A stretch of 34,506 bases of DNA from a virus. Lineage: Duplodnaviria > Caudoviricetes. Position 1 is the stretch's first letter; each line of letters starts with the position of its first letter. Below, in pieces: positions 9,125 through 19,029 of the stretch. The notes under the pieces are model-generated. The model was not told the origin of the DNA, did no database searches, and was given only the letters and a program-made list of their open reading frames with translations. The translations under genes were made by a program, and so were the position numbers. The stretch is taken from positions 1 through 34,506 of IMG/VR virus record IMGVR_UViG_3300032373_000070, one strand, 5' to 3'.

Positions 9125-9465
9125 AACAAATTGCAATCAGTCCAGCATTAATGAGGTTTAGAATTAAAATTGAGTATGAGTCAACATCTCAAGACGCTGA
9201 GGGAATAGAGACAACCACTTGGCTGACGCTAGTTGATGATTTACCAGCTGGAGTCATTGGATTATCTGGCAGAGAGTTGGACGCAGTTGGACAGCTTGGG
9301 TCTCAGTATAATGCTAGAATAACCATTTATAAAAGGACCGACATTGACGAGTCTATGAGAATTGTTTTTGATGGTCGTATATATGACATTATTGACATAA
9401 TTCCAGACCCTACAAATGAGCTTTATCAATCAATTATGTCTCGGACGGGTTTCACAAATGGCTAA
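9121..9465 (+). CDS. Head closure / head-tail adaptor (HK97 gp7 / SPP1 gp16-like)
   Basis: MRFRIKI, QDAEG, LSGRE, RITI..R.DI...MRIVFDGRIYDI pattern. Confidence 0.9.
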   Translation: MKQIAISPALMRFRIKIEYESTSQDAEGIETTTWLTLVDDLPAGVIGLSGRELDAVGQLGSQYNARITIYKRTDIDESMRIVFDGRIYDIIDIIPDPTNELYQSIMSRTGFTNG

Positions 9466-9934
9466 GGAAACTGTTGAGGTTTTGGGTTTGAAAGAAATGG
9501 ACTTGGCAATCAGGAAGTTGACCCAAGCCACTGGAAAAAACTTTCTGGCTCCAGCTTTGAGGAAAGCTGCAAACGTAATAAGGGACCAAGCCAGAAACAA
9601 TGTCCCAGTTGACTCGACTCCAGATGGTGTCCATGTTAAAGAAGATATAAAAGTGAGACGGGATTCAAACCCAAAGGCAAAAGGACAAAATGAGATAATG
9701 TATGTCAAGCCATTCTCAAAGCCTAGAAAAAAACGAGTTAAAGGACAGAGGCGCAAACAAAAAAATGATTTATCAACTTATTACTGGAGATTTGTTGAGC
9801 TGGGGACAGTCAACCAGAGAGGACAGAGGTTTTTGACGAGAGCGCATTCCACGCATAAAATGATTGCTGTGACTGTGTTCAAAGATACTCTAGGAAAAAT
9901 GATAATAAGAGAGACCAAGAGACTTAAAAAATGA
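9458..9934 (+). CDS. HK97 gp10-family neck / tail-completion protein
   Basis: V.GLKEM, ALRKAA..I...AR..VP and YYWRFVELGT motifs. Start moved to ATG 9458. Confidence 0.88.
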   Translation: MAKETVEVLGLKEMDLAIRKLTQATGKNFLAPALRKAANVIRDQARNNVPVDSTPDGVHVKEDIKVRRDSNPKAKGQNEIMYVKPFSKPRKKRVKGQRRKQKNDLSTYYWRFVELGTVNQRGQRFLTRAHSTHKMIAVTVFKDTLGKMIIRETKRLKK

Positions 9935-10275
9935 GTGTATATTCAACCTTAAAAAATGACGCTGGAGTCATAGCAATAACAACACAAATTTTTGTGACTC
10001 AGGCACAAAATAAAACTCCTCCTTATGTGGTGATTGAGTTGATTAATGGAAACCCAGAAAACTTATTGGCTGAGGTTCCGAACATGGAGAGTCAAAACTG
10101 GTCCATTGACTGCATTGGATTGGACCAGCGCTCCTGTATTGATTTATATAAGGCATGCAGAGACGCTCTTGCTCCAGTTGGTTATGAGGGAGGGCTGTTG
10201 ATAAATGGACAACAGGACAAAGAAACAAAATTTTTCAGGTCCCTTTTTGATTTTTCATATTGGGCAAATAGATAA
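9931..10275 (+). CDS. Tail terminator (DUF3168-like)
   Basis: 114 aa, PPYVV..I.G.PEN.L, IDC motif, position just before the major tail protein. Confidence 0.8.
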   Translation: MSVYSTLKNDAGVIAITTQIFVTQAQNKTPPYVVIELINGNPENLLAEVPNMESQNWSIDCIGLDQRSCIDLYKACRDALAPVGYEGGLLINGQQDKETKFFRSLFDFSYWANR

Positions 10276-10320
10276 CGATTTTTAACCGCGCAATAATGCG
10301 CAAATTTTAGGAGAACCAAA

Positions 10321-10788
10321 ATGGCTTTAGGCTTAAAAACACAAGGCACAGAGATTTATTTGTTGGATGATACCAACAGCGGGTCTGAAGTGCTTAAATT
10401 CGGAAATATCACAGACGTTGGGGAATTTGGTCCAACCGCTGGGGATATTGATGTCACCAACATGGACTCAGGAGCGTTTGAGTTTTTTTCAGGGCTGGTT
10501 GATAATGGGACAGTGACTGTGGGTTTCAATTATGACCCTCAAAATCTGACCCAGCAACAATTGACAGCTTTGGCTGGAGGGACAAACAAAAGGTTTGTCA
10601 TTGCTTGCTCAGAGGCTGCCACTGATGTGACATACTCATCAATTTTTGACATTCCAACAGACAGGACAACTTTTGATTTTCAAGCAAGCGTCCAAGGCAC
10701 CCCAAAAGGCGCGTCTGTGAATGATGTTTGGAGAGGAACCATCTCTCTCAGAGTGTCGGGAGTTATCACAACTCAAGAGGCTGTTTAA
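10321..10788 (+). CDS. Major tail tube protein
   Basis: AGGAG RBS; KTQGTEIY, IDVTNMDS...F..GLVDNG and LRVSG motifs. Confidence 0.9.
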   Translation: MALGLKTQGTEIYLLDDTNSGSEVLKFGNITDVGEFGPTAGDIDVTNMDSGAFEFFSGLVDNGTVTVGFNYDPQNLTQQQLTALAGGTNKRFVIACSEAATDVTYSSIFDIPTDRTTFDFQASVQGTPKGASVNDVWRGTISLRVSGVITTQEAV

Positions 10789-10807
10789 ATTTAATTAAAC
10801 AGATAAC

Positions 10808-10842
10808 AAAGGACCTGCTGACTCTCAGCTGGTCCTTTATTT
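10808..10842 (+). terminator. Intrinsic terminator-like hairpin after major tail gene
   Basis: AAAGGACC-t-GCTGA-ctc-TCAGC-t-GGTCCTTT followed by ATTT. Confidence 0.7.
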
Positions 10843-10862
10843 AAAAACTAACAGGAAAGAAA

Positions 10863-11339
10863 ATGAGTAAAATAAATTTATTGGATTATGTGTCCAGAAC
10901 ACATGTAAAAACAGCAATTTTTAATTATGAAGGACAAGAGCTTGAATTTTTTTACAAGGATTTAACAGGGACTGAGGGAGAGCTTATCACGGAGAAATTG
11001 TCTGACGTCATGACAATGGTCAAAAATCAAAAGAGTTCAAAAGATTATGTCCCAACTTCTGAGGACTTAAAAGCAATGAACAACATGAGAGACCTGACTT
11101 TGTGGTTGCAGCTTTGTGATGAGGATGGAAAACGCTCCTTTGATGACGTTGACGCTATGAAAGCCACAATCCCAGTTAAAATTTTGGACTTAGCATCTAA
11201 GGCAATGCCACAAACAACAATAGAGACAGCTGAAAAAAACTCAAAGAGTCTGAATGGTTCCGCTGGCTTTTCAGATTCGCAGACAGGCAAAACAGCTCAG
11301 TTGAAAGAATCCTCAACGAATACAGCCTCAGTGAATTAA
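10863..11339 (+). CDS. Tail assembly chaperone (gpG-like)
   Basis: Between major tail and tape measure genes; LCDEDGKR.F motif; contains a slippery site. Confidence 0.85.
   Translation: MSKINLLDYVSRTHVKTAIFNYEGQELEFFYKDLTGTEGELITEKLSDVMTMVKNQKSSKDYVPTSEDLKAMNNMRDLTLWLQLCDEDGKRSFDDVDAMKATIPVKILDLASKAMPQTTIETAEKNSKSLNGSAGFSDSQTGKTAQLKESSTNTASVN
11234..11240 (+). promoter_or_regulatory. Programmed -1 ribosomal frameshift site A AAA AAC
   Basis: X XXY YYZ heptamer in the correct phase (GAA AAA AAC, E-K-N) of the chaperone ORF; the -1 frame stays open to 11551. Confidence 0.85.
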
Positions 11340-11551
11340 AACACTGGCAAGTATACACAGCAAAAGAGCCGTCAGAATCTCAAAAACTAGAGTTTATGAT
11401 GGCTCAAATGATGTCTATTTATATTAATAGCCATAAAAGAAAAGGACTGCCAGATAAAGACCCAGCTGATTTTATTTTAAAATCATTTTGGAAAACTGAA
11501 ATTGAGCAGGATGTTGACACAATCAAAAAAATGTTTGGAGTAAAAAAATAA
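11240..11551 (+). CDS. gpT-like C-terminal extension of the tail chaperone (-1 frame; not in the ORF track)
   Basis: Manual translation LKESEWFRWLFRFADRQNSSVERILNEYSLSELKHWQVYTAKEP...KKMFGVKK*; TAA overlaps the tape-measure ATG (TAATG). Confidence 0.85.
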   Translation, partial: LKESEWFRWLFRFADRQNSSVERILNEYSLSELKHWQVYTAKEPSESQKLEFMMAQMMSIYINSHKRKGLPDKDPADFILKSFWKTEIEQDVDTIKKMFGVKK

Positions 11552-14500
11552 TGGCAGCTCAAGAGTTGGCAAATATAGCAATCAAACTCAGCGCTAATAT
11601 GGTTGATTTTGAGAACGACATGGGTCGAGCCTCAAGACTGGCAAAGAAACGCTCTGGAGAGATGAAAAAGGCTTTTAAAGTGTCCTTTGCTGCTATAACA
11701 GCAGCAGCTGTCTCAGCTGGAGGGGCTTTGGCTGCCATGGTTAAAGTCTCTGCTAATGTTGCAGACAATATTCAAAAAATGAGCATTCGTCTGGGAGTCT
11801 CCACAAAGTTCCTGTCTGAGTATAGACATGTCGCTGAATTGTCTGGGACCTCAATGGAAAAGATTGGAGACGGGGTCCGCAAAATGTCCAAGAGTATCAA
11901 TGATGCCAACAATGGACTTTCAACAGCAAAACGGGCTTTTGAGTCTCTTGGGATATCTCTTGACCAAATCAACTCATTATCTCCAGAGAAACAATTTGAG
12001 CTGATTGCAGATAAAATCTCAAAGGTTGAATCTCAAAGCGTAAAAGCTGGAGCATCAATGGATATCTTTGGACGCTCAGGGAGTGAGCTTTTAACTGTTT
12101 TAAATGCAGGAGGAGACGCAATCAAAGCCATGAGGATGGAGGCTGAAAATTTTGGGTTGACAATCACTCAAGAGGCAGCCAACGCAGCAGCTGACTTCAA
12201 TGACGAACTGACAAGACTGGCAAACAGGACAAAAGGTTGGGCTGAGCAGTTGAGTGGGTCATTATATCCAGCTTTAACTGAAATCATGCAGCAGTTTAAT
12301 TCTGGAGCAGTTGACAAAGCAAATGATGACTGGCAGGGATTGAGGACTACAATCGCCACTGTTTATGGTTCCGTTCTATTAATTAAAGAGGGTTTTGAAT
12401 TGCTAGGGACTGCAATTGGAGTTTTTACAGCTCAAATGGTCCAAGCTTTCACTGTACTGGATGACCTTGCCAACGCTTTTGGAAAGCGTTTGAAGTTGGG
12501 CGCTTTGACAATTGGGGAGTCAATTATTAATGACCTCCAAGAAAAAGCTGCTAAATTGGGAGCAACTGATTTGTTGCCTGACTTTGTGGCCGACAGTAAT
12601 ATCTCGGAGTCAGCCTCAGAGTTGCATGATGAAATTAGACGTATAGAGACAGCAGCTTTTGACCTTGCAAAATCATTTACAATTGATAACAAAGATACTG
12701 TCTTGCAGGATTCTGCTGATAGATTAAAAGAAATATTTGACAGAATAAGCGCTGTTAAGCACTCAACAGCCAGCCTCTCAAAAGTTGTTGATGATGGTTT
12801 AAACGATTCATTTGCTAAAGTTAATAAAACATTAAAATTAACTGAAAAACAAATGAGCAAATTAGTCAAAGACGCATTCAAGAAAAGTTTAAAAATATTG
12901 ACTGATTTTAATAAGGTTGTTAAATCATTGGAAACACCTCTGGAAAAATTAAACAGAGAGTTTGCTGACCAGATAAAAATCATTGGAAAATATATGCTTG
13001 CCAATTCTGAAAGCTCGGACGCTCAAGAGCTGGCGAGAATCACAACAGAGAAAGCCACTGAGGAGTATATTAAAAACAAAAAAGCTCTGGAGGACCTCAG
13101 TGACGAGGTTGAAAAAGTTGATTTTGCTGGAATGTTTGACAGTTTTGCCAGTGGTCTCAATCCTGCAATCAGCGCTTTGCAAGGTTTAAAAGATGAGCTG
13201 ACTCAAATTTCTGAAATGGACTTGTCGAATGGAGAAAAGTCATTTTATTCAACTGGAGTGGCTGCTGAGTTTGCCTTAAGCTCTATGGCGTCCATGGCTC
13301 AAGAGGGTTCTGACGCACAAAAGAAACTCCAAGCAGCTGCCGCGATAACCAACACAATCCTTGGAATATCTGCAATTTTAGAGCAGGGAAAAGGCGACCC
13401 ATACACAGCCTTTGCTCGGATGGCTGCCATGGCTGCAATGGTTGCCAGTATGGGAGTGCAAATTGCTGGAGCTTTTGGAGGAGGGGGAGGCGCTGCCAGT
13501 GCTGAGCAACGTCAACAATCTCAAGGGACAGGAACTGTTTTGGGAGATAGTAGCGCAAAATCTGAAAGTATAATAAATGCGCTTGATTTAATCTCAGACG
13601 CAGCCAATAAAATTGTTGGTATTAATAGTAAAATGCTAAGGTCACTCAATGCAATGAATAGCGCAATCTCTGGAACAGCCAACCAAATCGCTCAGACTGG
13701 TGAGATAGGAGATTTAGGGACTGTCGCTGGTAATTCTGGAGGTTTGCTGGGAGGAGTGCTGGGTGGACTTTTTAGCTCGATAGGGAATTTTCTTTTTGGA
13801 AGTTCGGAAATAACAGACAGAGGTATTAGTGTTTTGTCTGGAGGTATCTCAGACGCAATCAATGGAGATATATTCAGAGCGTATGAAGATGCGACAAGGA
13901 GTGGTTTATTTGGCTCCAGTAGGACCTCAAATACAGCTGATTTGGAGGAAGGAATCTCCAATCAAATTGGATTGATATTTGCCTCAATGAGAGACGCAGT
14001 CATGGCAGGAGCTGAGGCGTTGGGCGTTAATCTTGACGAAGTAAGAAACGCGTTGGACGCCTACAGAATTGAGGAGCAAAGAATCAGTTTACTGGATTTA
14101 AACGCAGATGAGCAAAGGGCAGCTCTGGAGGCTGTTTTCTCCAGTATCTTTGACGGGCTTGTGAGTGTTTCCCTGCCATTTATAACTCAATTTCAGCAAG
14201 CTGGAGAGGGGCTTGGAGAGACCCTTGCTAGAGTATCAACAACAGTGCTGGTCTTTGAGGAGGCAATCCAGTCAATGGGTCTGGATTTCATTGCTAAGGA
14301 ATTAAATCCAGAGTTGTTTGCTCAGGCTGCTGTTGCAATCTCAGACTTTGCTGGTGGGATGGAATCTTTCATTGATGGATATACAAATTATGTAAATAAT
14401 TTCCTTTCCGAGTCAGAACAACTGGAGATTTTAGCTGAGAGAATCACTGGAGTTTTTTCAAATATAGATTTGAAATTGCCTGACACAAGAGCTGGATTTA

Positions 14501-16029
14501 CTGAGTTGATTCAATCTTTGGATTTAACCACAGCAGCAGGACAGGAGGCGTTTGGGGTTCTTATCTCTTTATCTGGTCAAATGGATTCTTATTATAATAA
14601 TTTAGAGGACAGTCAACAGGAGGCAGCCAACGCTCAACAGGACCTTGCTGATATGATGGACAATATTGCCAGTCAAATGGAGGACATGGATTTGTCCACT
14701 TTTGAAAAAACCTTAAAAGACATAAGAAAAGCATTCAATGACCAGATTGCAGCAGCTCGAAAACTTGGAGCAACAGAAAAAGAGCTGGCAATGATTCAAG
14801 CCTTTGCGACCAGACAAATCCAAAACGCAATAGATGCTCTAGAGGGAGAGATTTCTGGAGCCATTAATGATTTATATGGAGGCAATGCTCTGGAGTTGAT
14901 TGAGGAGCAAATCACAGCACTCGAGGAGCAGCAGTCACTTGGTCAGCAAATAGCGGACGCAAACCGACAAAGATATGAGGCAGAGCTTGCAGCAATTAAA
15001 AATCTCAGGGATTTTGTTGACTCTTTGTTTTTAAATGAGACTTTGTCCACTCTTAACCCATTGGACAGATTGAATGAGGCTCAGGCTCAATTTGATGAGC
15101 TTTTTGCTGCTGCTCAGGGTGGTGACGCTGAGGCAATTAATGCACTCCCAGCAATTGTCAACACATTGCTTGGACTTGGTCGGGATGTTTTTGCCAGTGG
15201 GTCCCCTTATACAGAATTATTTGACACAATCACCAGACAACTGGAGTCTCTTGGACTTGACACAGGGTCCTCATCTGTTGGACCTCCTGTCAGTGTTGCG
15301 GACCCAAGATTGTTGGAGTTACTGGAACAACAAAGAGTCTTACAGGAGGAAATTGCAAACGGAGAGCGATTTGAGTCAGTCATGGCATTGGCTGAGCAAA
15401 TTGCAGCTCTGACCAGTGTGACAGAGGAGTCTCTTGCTCAATTAGCTGAAAGGCTTGGATTGCCTATTGAGCAATTCATTTCTGATTTAGGAATAAATCT
15501 GGATGACTTAACAGCAGACACAGCAACAGCTTTGGCTGAGGTCGCTCAATTGTTAGGAGTTGAGCTTTCAGAATTGGCTGAGAGTGTTGGGATTTCTCTG
15601 GGAGATTTAGCAAACAGTGAGTCTCTTTTGAATGATGCTTTGCAAAATACAATTGACAATCTCCCTGAGGGAATCCAAGGGCTGCTGGAGCCATTACTTG
15701 AGGCAATTGAAACCTCAACAAATCCAAAATTAAGAGAGGAGTTACTTGCTGAATTTATAGAGATTGCTGACAATCTCCCAGAGTCACAGAGGGACCTTTT
15801 GGCTCCATTCTTTGACCAGATTGACCCAATCTCAGAGGCACAACAACAAATCAGCCAAATGGACACTTTAAACTCAACCAGTAGAGTCATGGCTGATGAT
15901 ATAAACGGATTAAGACTGGAGACATTGACTGGAGATGATGCAACTCGAGCCGTTTTAATTAGTTTATTGACTGAAACAAAAGAGCAAAACGAGCAAATAA
16001 GAAACATGCTGGCAGAGCTTGCATCATGA
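11551..16029 (+). CDS. Tail tape measure protein
   Basis: 1492 aa, Ala/Leu-rich and helical; IAIKLSAN..DF start, IFGRSGSELL motif; follows the chaperone. Confidence 0.95.
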   Translation: MAAQELANIAIKLSANMVDFENDMGRASRLAKKRSGEMKKAFKVSFAAITAAAVSAGGALAAMVKVSANVADNIQKMSIRLGVSTKFLSEYRHVAELSGTSMEKIGDGVRKMSKSINDANNGLSTAKRAFESLGISLDQINSLSPEKQFELIADKISKVESQSVKAGASMDIFGRSGSELLTVLNAGGDAIKAMRMEAENFGLTITQEAANAAADFNDELTRLANRTKGWAEQLSGSLYPALTEIMQQFNSGAVDKANDDWQGLRTTIATVYGSVLLIKEGFELLGTAIGVFTAQMVQAFTVLDDLANAFGKRLKLGALTIGESIINDLQEKAAKLGATDLLPDFVADSNISESASELHDEIRRIETAAFDLAKSFTIDNKDTVLQDSADRLKEIFDRISAVKHSTASLSKVVDDGLNDSFAKVNKTLKLTEKQMSKLVKDAFKKSLKILTDFNKVVKSLETPLEKLNREFADQIKIIGKYMLANSESSDAQELARITTEKATEEYIKNKKALEDLSDEVEKVDFAGMFDSFASGLNPAISALQGLKDELTQISEMDLSNGEKSFYSTGVAAEFALSSMASMAQEGSDAQKKLQAAAAITNTILGISAILEQGKGDPYTAFARMAAMAAMVASMGVQIAGAFGGGGGAASAEQRQQSQGTGTVLGDSSAKSESIINALDLISDAANKIVGINSKMLRSLNAMNSAISGTANQIAQTGEIGDLGTVAGNSGGLLGGVLGGLFSSIGNFLFGSSEITDRGISVLSGGISDAINGDIFRAYEDATRSGLFGSSRTSNTADLEEGISNQIGLIFASMRDAVMAGAEALGVNLDEVRNALDAYRIEEQRISLLDLNADEQRAALEAVFSSIFDGLVSVSLPFITQFQQAGEGLGETLARVSTTVLVFEEAIQSMGLDFIAKELNPELFAQAAVAISDFAGGMESFIDGYTNYVNNFLSESEQLEILAERITGVFSNIDLKLPDTRAGFTELIQSLDLTTAAGQEAFGVLISLSGQMDSYYNNLEDSQQEAANAQQDLADMMDNIASQMEDMDLSTFEKTLKDIRKAFNDQIAAARKLGATEKELAMIQAFATRQIQNAIDALEGEISGAINDLYGGNALELIEEQITALEEQQSLGQQIADANRQRYEAELAAIKNLRDFVDSLFLNETLSTLNPLDRLNEAQAQFDELFAAAQGGDAEAINALPAIVNTLLGLGRDVFASGSPYTELFDTITRQLESLGLDTGSSSVGPPVSVADPRLLELLEQQRVLQEEIANGERFESVMALAEQIAALTSVTEESLAQLAERLGLPIEQFISDLGINLDDLTADTATALAEVAQLLGVELSELAESVGISLGDLANSESLLNDALQNTIDNLPEGIQGLLEPLLEAIETSTNPKLREELLAEFIEIADNLPESQRDLLAPFFDQIDPISEAQQQISQMDTLNSTSRVMADDINGLRLETLTGDDATRAVLISLLTETKEQNEQIRNMLAELAS

Positions 16030-18227
16030 GTAATGTTAATACAGTTATAAGACTAACTAAACCATATACAAAACTAAATGATGTGATTGAGTTTGCTGGT
16101 ATATATTCACTTATGCTGGAGGTTGAGGGATACTCAGGACCATTGATTCAAGTCGCTACAAAGGGAGGAGGAACCCTTGATATTTATCCAATGCCCGACG
16201 GAACCCTTGACCAACAGACTATCCTTGATTTTTGTGGGGTTGAGTTTGCTCAAATTTCGATTTGGTATGACCAGCTCGAACTTGATGATTTTACTCAATC
16301 TGACACAGGACACAGAGCAACCATTGTCGCAACTGCCACGGAAACCATAAACACAGAAAACGGTTATCCGTGCGCGGTTTATGATAATATTGATAACCAT
16401 TATGAGACAACTGGGATGCCTTATGCTGATGATGAGGCAAACGTCTCAACTATTACATTATGCACTCCAGACTCAACGGGAGCAAATGACTGGATACTTG
16501 GGACTAATGGGACGGGCAGAGGAGTGGCTGTGATTCAAAACTCAGGAGACAAAGCTGCTCAATTAACATATAGAACAGGAGGAACATCCACAGCCTCTGG
16601 ACTGACCTCAATGACTGGGACACATGTGATAGGAACCACGGCTAACAGGACCACAATCAACACTTATCTTGATGGAGTTTTGGACAAAACAGCTGCTGAC
16701 GATAACTCTGATTTTAATGCTCCGACAAATATGGTTTTGGGAGCGAGAGGGACAGGCTCCAGTCCTTTCAGTGGGAGTGTCCAATGTTTTGCAATCTCAT
16801 TAAATGATATTGACGCAGATACTCAGGCAATAATCAGCAATCTTTTGAAAATTCGCTTTAATACGGCTTTAGTTAATGAGGATGATTTTATATATTTTTC
16901 AGATACTCCAGTTATTTTGTCAAATGGATATGAGGCAAACGGACGCTTGGTTGGTGATATTAATTTCACGGAATCAATAAAAGTTGCACCATGGAAAAGC
17001 GTTTCTCAGGGAGGTTTTGGGAATATTGATATCGTTAATATTGACAGCGTTTATGATGAAATAGTCTCGACAAATTATAATTTAATCGACATTTATCAAT
17101 ATGATAATTCGACCCTCACAGAGTTTGGCAGAGGAGAGATAAAAAACATTGCCTTTATTGAAAAAGGCAGAATCAGAATCACAATAAAATCTGTAATTGA
17201 CAAGCTCAATGTTGAACTTCCAACTGGACGCTTTACAGCCTCAGATAATACAGAATTGGAAAATGATAAAAAACCTATGAATTTAGGGAGGGTCAATTTA
17301 GCTCAGCCAATCCTGCTGGATGTTGCAACAAATAAATACTTTATAAGTGATAATCTTGATGGAACTTTTGTGGTTTATGATAATGGAATCCAGCTGGCTT
17401 TAACAACGGGATTTTTGGAGACCTCTGATGGTTTTACATTGGTTAATAATCCAGCTGGCAGGATACTGGCAACAGTTGACGGATTGACAGCAGCTGACGC
17501 CACAGGACACACATCCACATATGAGGAGAGAATCAGTGAGCATATTCCCAGACTGCTGGAAAAAATTAATATAGAATACAATCAAACGGACCTTGATGCT
17601 TTATGGACAGCACATGGAATCACGAGTAGCTGGGCGGGCAAAGACGAGACTGTCTTGACCGCTGTCAATGAGTTGCTAGATGGTTTTATAGCTTACATGT
17701 ATTCAGACAGCTCTGGAGAGCTGAGGTTTGGAACATTGACGGCTCCGACAGCCTCAATTTTGACACTTGTTGAGCGTGAGATTATAGGAGATATAAAAGC
17801 ATTCAGAGACACGGCTCAAGGGTTAAGTGAGAGGCTCCAGAATAGTCGGAATTATAACCCATACACTGAGGATGAGATTGCATTCGCAGCCACTGAGTCT
17901 GATAAAATAAATCTAATCAAAGAATACAAAAGGACAGCTGTTTTAACTGGCTTACATCCTTTTTATATTGATAAAAACAATGTGGATATGAAGTCACAAT
18001 CTTTGGGCGGGATAGTTAATGGAGAAATAATTCTCCAGAATATTATTGACCTATGGTCTGTGATTCGGTATTTTTATACAATCTCAACTTACAGGGTTTT
18101 TGATTTGAATGATATTGTCAATGTAACGCATGTACAAAAAGGACTTAGCTCCGGCAAAAATCTGGTTGTGGTTTCTAAAAAGAAATCAACAAAAACAAAT
18201 AAAATAACATACACAATGTGGGGTTAA
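16026..18227 (+). CDS. Tail tip/hub protein with an N-terminally inserted LamG / arabinofuranosidase-like beta-sandwich domain
   Basis: YSL....YSGPLIQV..., ISIWYDQ, TYLDG and LGARG....FSG motifs in the first ~285 aa; KPMNLGRV..AQPILLD, VYDNG, NPAGRI and G.LRFG tail-tip-like motifs afterwards. Confidence 0.65.
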   Translation: MSNVNTVIRLTKPYTKLNDVIEFAGIYSLMLEVEGYSGPLIQVATKGGGTLDIYPMPDGTLDQQTILDFCGVEFAQISIWYDQLELDDFTQSDTGHRATIVATATETINTENGYPCAVYDNIDNHYETTGMPYADDEANVSTITLCTPDSTGANDWILGTNGTGRGVAVIQNSGDKAAQLTYRTGGTSTASGLTSMTGTHVIGTTANRTTINTYLDGVLDKTAADDNSDFNAPTNMVLGARGTGSSPFSGSVQCFAISLNDIDADTQAIISNLLKIRFNTALVNEDDFIYFSDTPVILSNGYEANGRLVGDINFTESIKVAPWKSVSQGGFGNIDIVNIDSVYDEIVSTNYNLIDIYQYDNSTLTEFGRGEIKNIAFIEKGRIRITIKSVIDKLNVELPTGRFTASDNTELENDKKPMNLGRVNLAQPILLDVATNKYFISDNLDGTFVVYDNGIQLALTTGFLETSDGFTLVNNPAGRILATVDGLTAADATGHTSTYEERISEHIPRLLEKINIEYNQTDLDALWTAHGITSSWAGKDETVLTAVNELLDGFIAYMYSDSSGELRFGTLTAPTASILTLVEREIIGDIKAFRDTAQGLSERLQNSRNYNPYTEDEIAFAATESDKINLIKEYKRTAVLTGLHPFYIDKNNVDMKSQSLGGIVNGEIILQNIIDLWSVIRYFYTISTYRVFDLNDIVNVTHVQKGLSSGKNLVVVSKKKSTKTNKITYTMWG

Positions 18228-18228
18228 A

Positions 18229-19029
18229 ATGGGATATATAATATATGGTAATATACTGGATTCAACAGTCACAACAGCTGTGACTGTCTCCAGTGGTAGT
18301 ATTGTTGACGTGACTGACTCAGATAAGCTTTTGACCAGAGCATTGGCTGACAAATATCAATATACAAAATCAGGACTTGGTCAAATAACAATCACACTGA
18401 CCTTGGCTCAAGATGAGTCAACAAACAGCTTGTCAATATTAGGAAATAACAACACTGGAATTGTGGTCCAGAGTATAACTCTAAAAAATGGAGGAGTGGA
18501 CCAAGGGAATGACACTCCAGACCCAATTTTTAAATCTCGCTATGTTGACGGGGAGTACATTTTGGATGAGCATTTTATATTTAACGCTTATTATACTTTT
18601 GATAGTATCGAAATAAAATACTCTGATGTGAGTGGAGATGATGGTTGCTTAAGTAAGATACTGAGCGGAGTTGCTGTTGAGTTTGATTTCAAGCCAAGCA
18701 ATTTGATTTATACTCCAGTTGATACAAGCCAAAAAGACTACAGCAACGGGCGTCAAGCTTATGTCAGGACTGGGGTCATGTATAATAATGTTAAAGCAAC
18801 AGCTGTCGCTCTGACTCAGTCCAAGGCTTGGAACGCTGGTGGGGTTAGTGTCAATGATATCAACTTGATTGCAGGATTGGACCAGCCTCTGATTTTTATT
18901 CCATCAAATACTCAAAATATTTCTGTATATGGCACACAGAAAACTCTTGCTGTTTTGACACCTATGTTGAAAAAAGACTCAGATGACTGGTATTGGAACG
19001 CTGTTTTTAATATTGAGGAAGAGCTATAA
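18229..19029 (+). CDS. Minor tail protein (distal-tail-like)
   Basis: Beta-rich 266 aa; VDTS....SNGRQAY, PLIFIP and terminal FNIEEEL; last gene of the late operon. Confidence 0.6.
   Translation: MGYIIYGNILDSTVTTAVTVSSGSIVDVTDSDKLLTRALADKYQYTKSGLGQITITLTLAQDESTNSLSILGNNNTGIVVQSITLKNGGVDQGNDTPDPIFKSRYVDGEYILDEHFIFNAYYTFDSIEIKYSDVSGDDGCLSKILSGVAVEFDFKPSNLIYTPVDTSQKDYSNGRQAYVRTGVMYNNVKATAVALTQSKAWNAGGVSVNDINLIAGLDQPLIFIPSNTQNISVYGTQKTLAVLTPMLKKDSDDWYWNAVFNIEEEL

Noticed and set aside
10288-10301. Short GCGCA-ATAA-TGCGC hairpin before the major tail gene RBS
   Set aside because: A five-bp stem is too short to support a call on its own; at most a local mRNA stabiliser.
423-17585. Many 60-190 aa minus-strand ORFs opposite the structural genes (e.g. 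12432-13004, 15546-16007)
   Set aside because: They are antisense shadows of well-supported genes, with no RBS or recognisable motifs and composition typical of reverse-frame translation.
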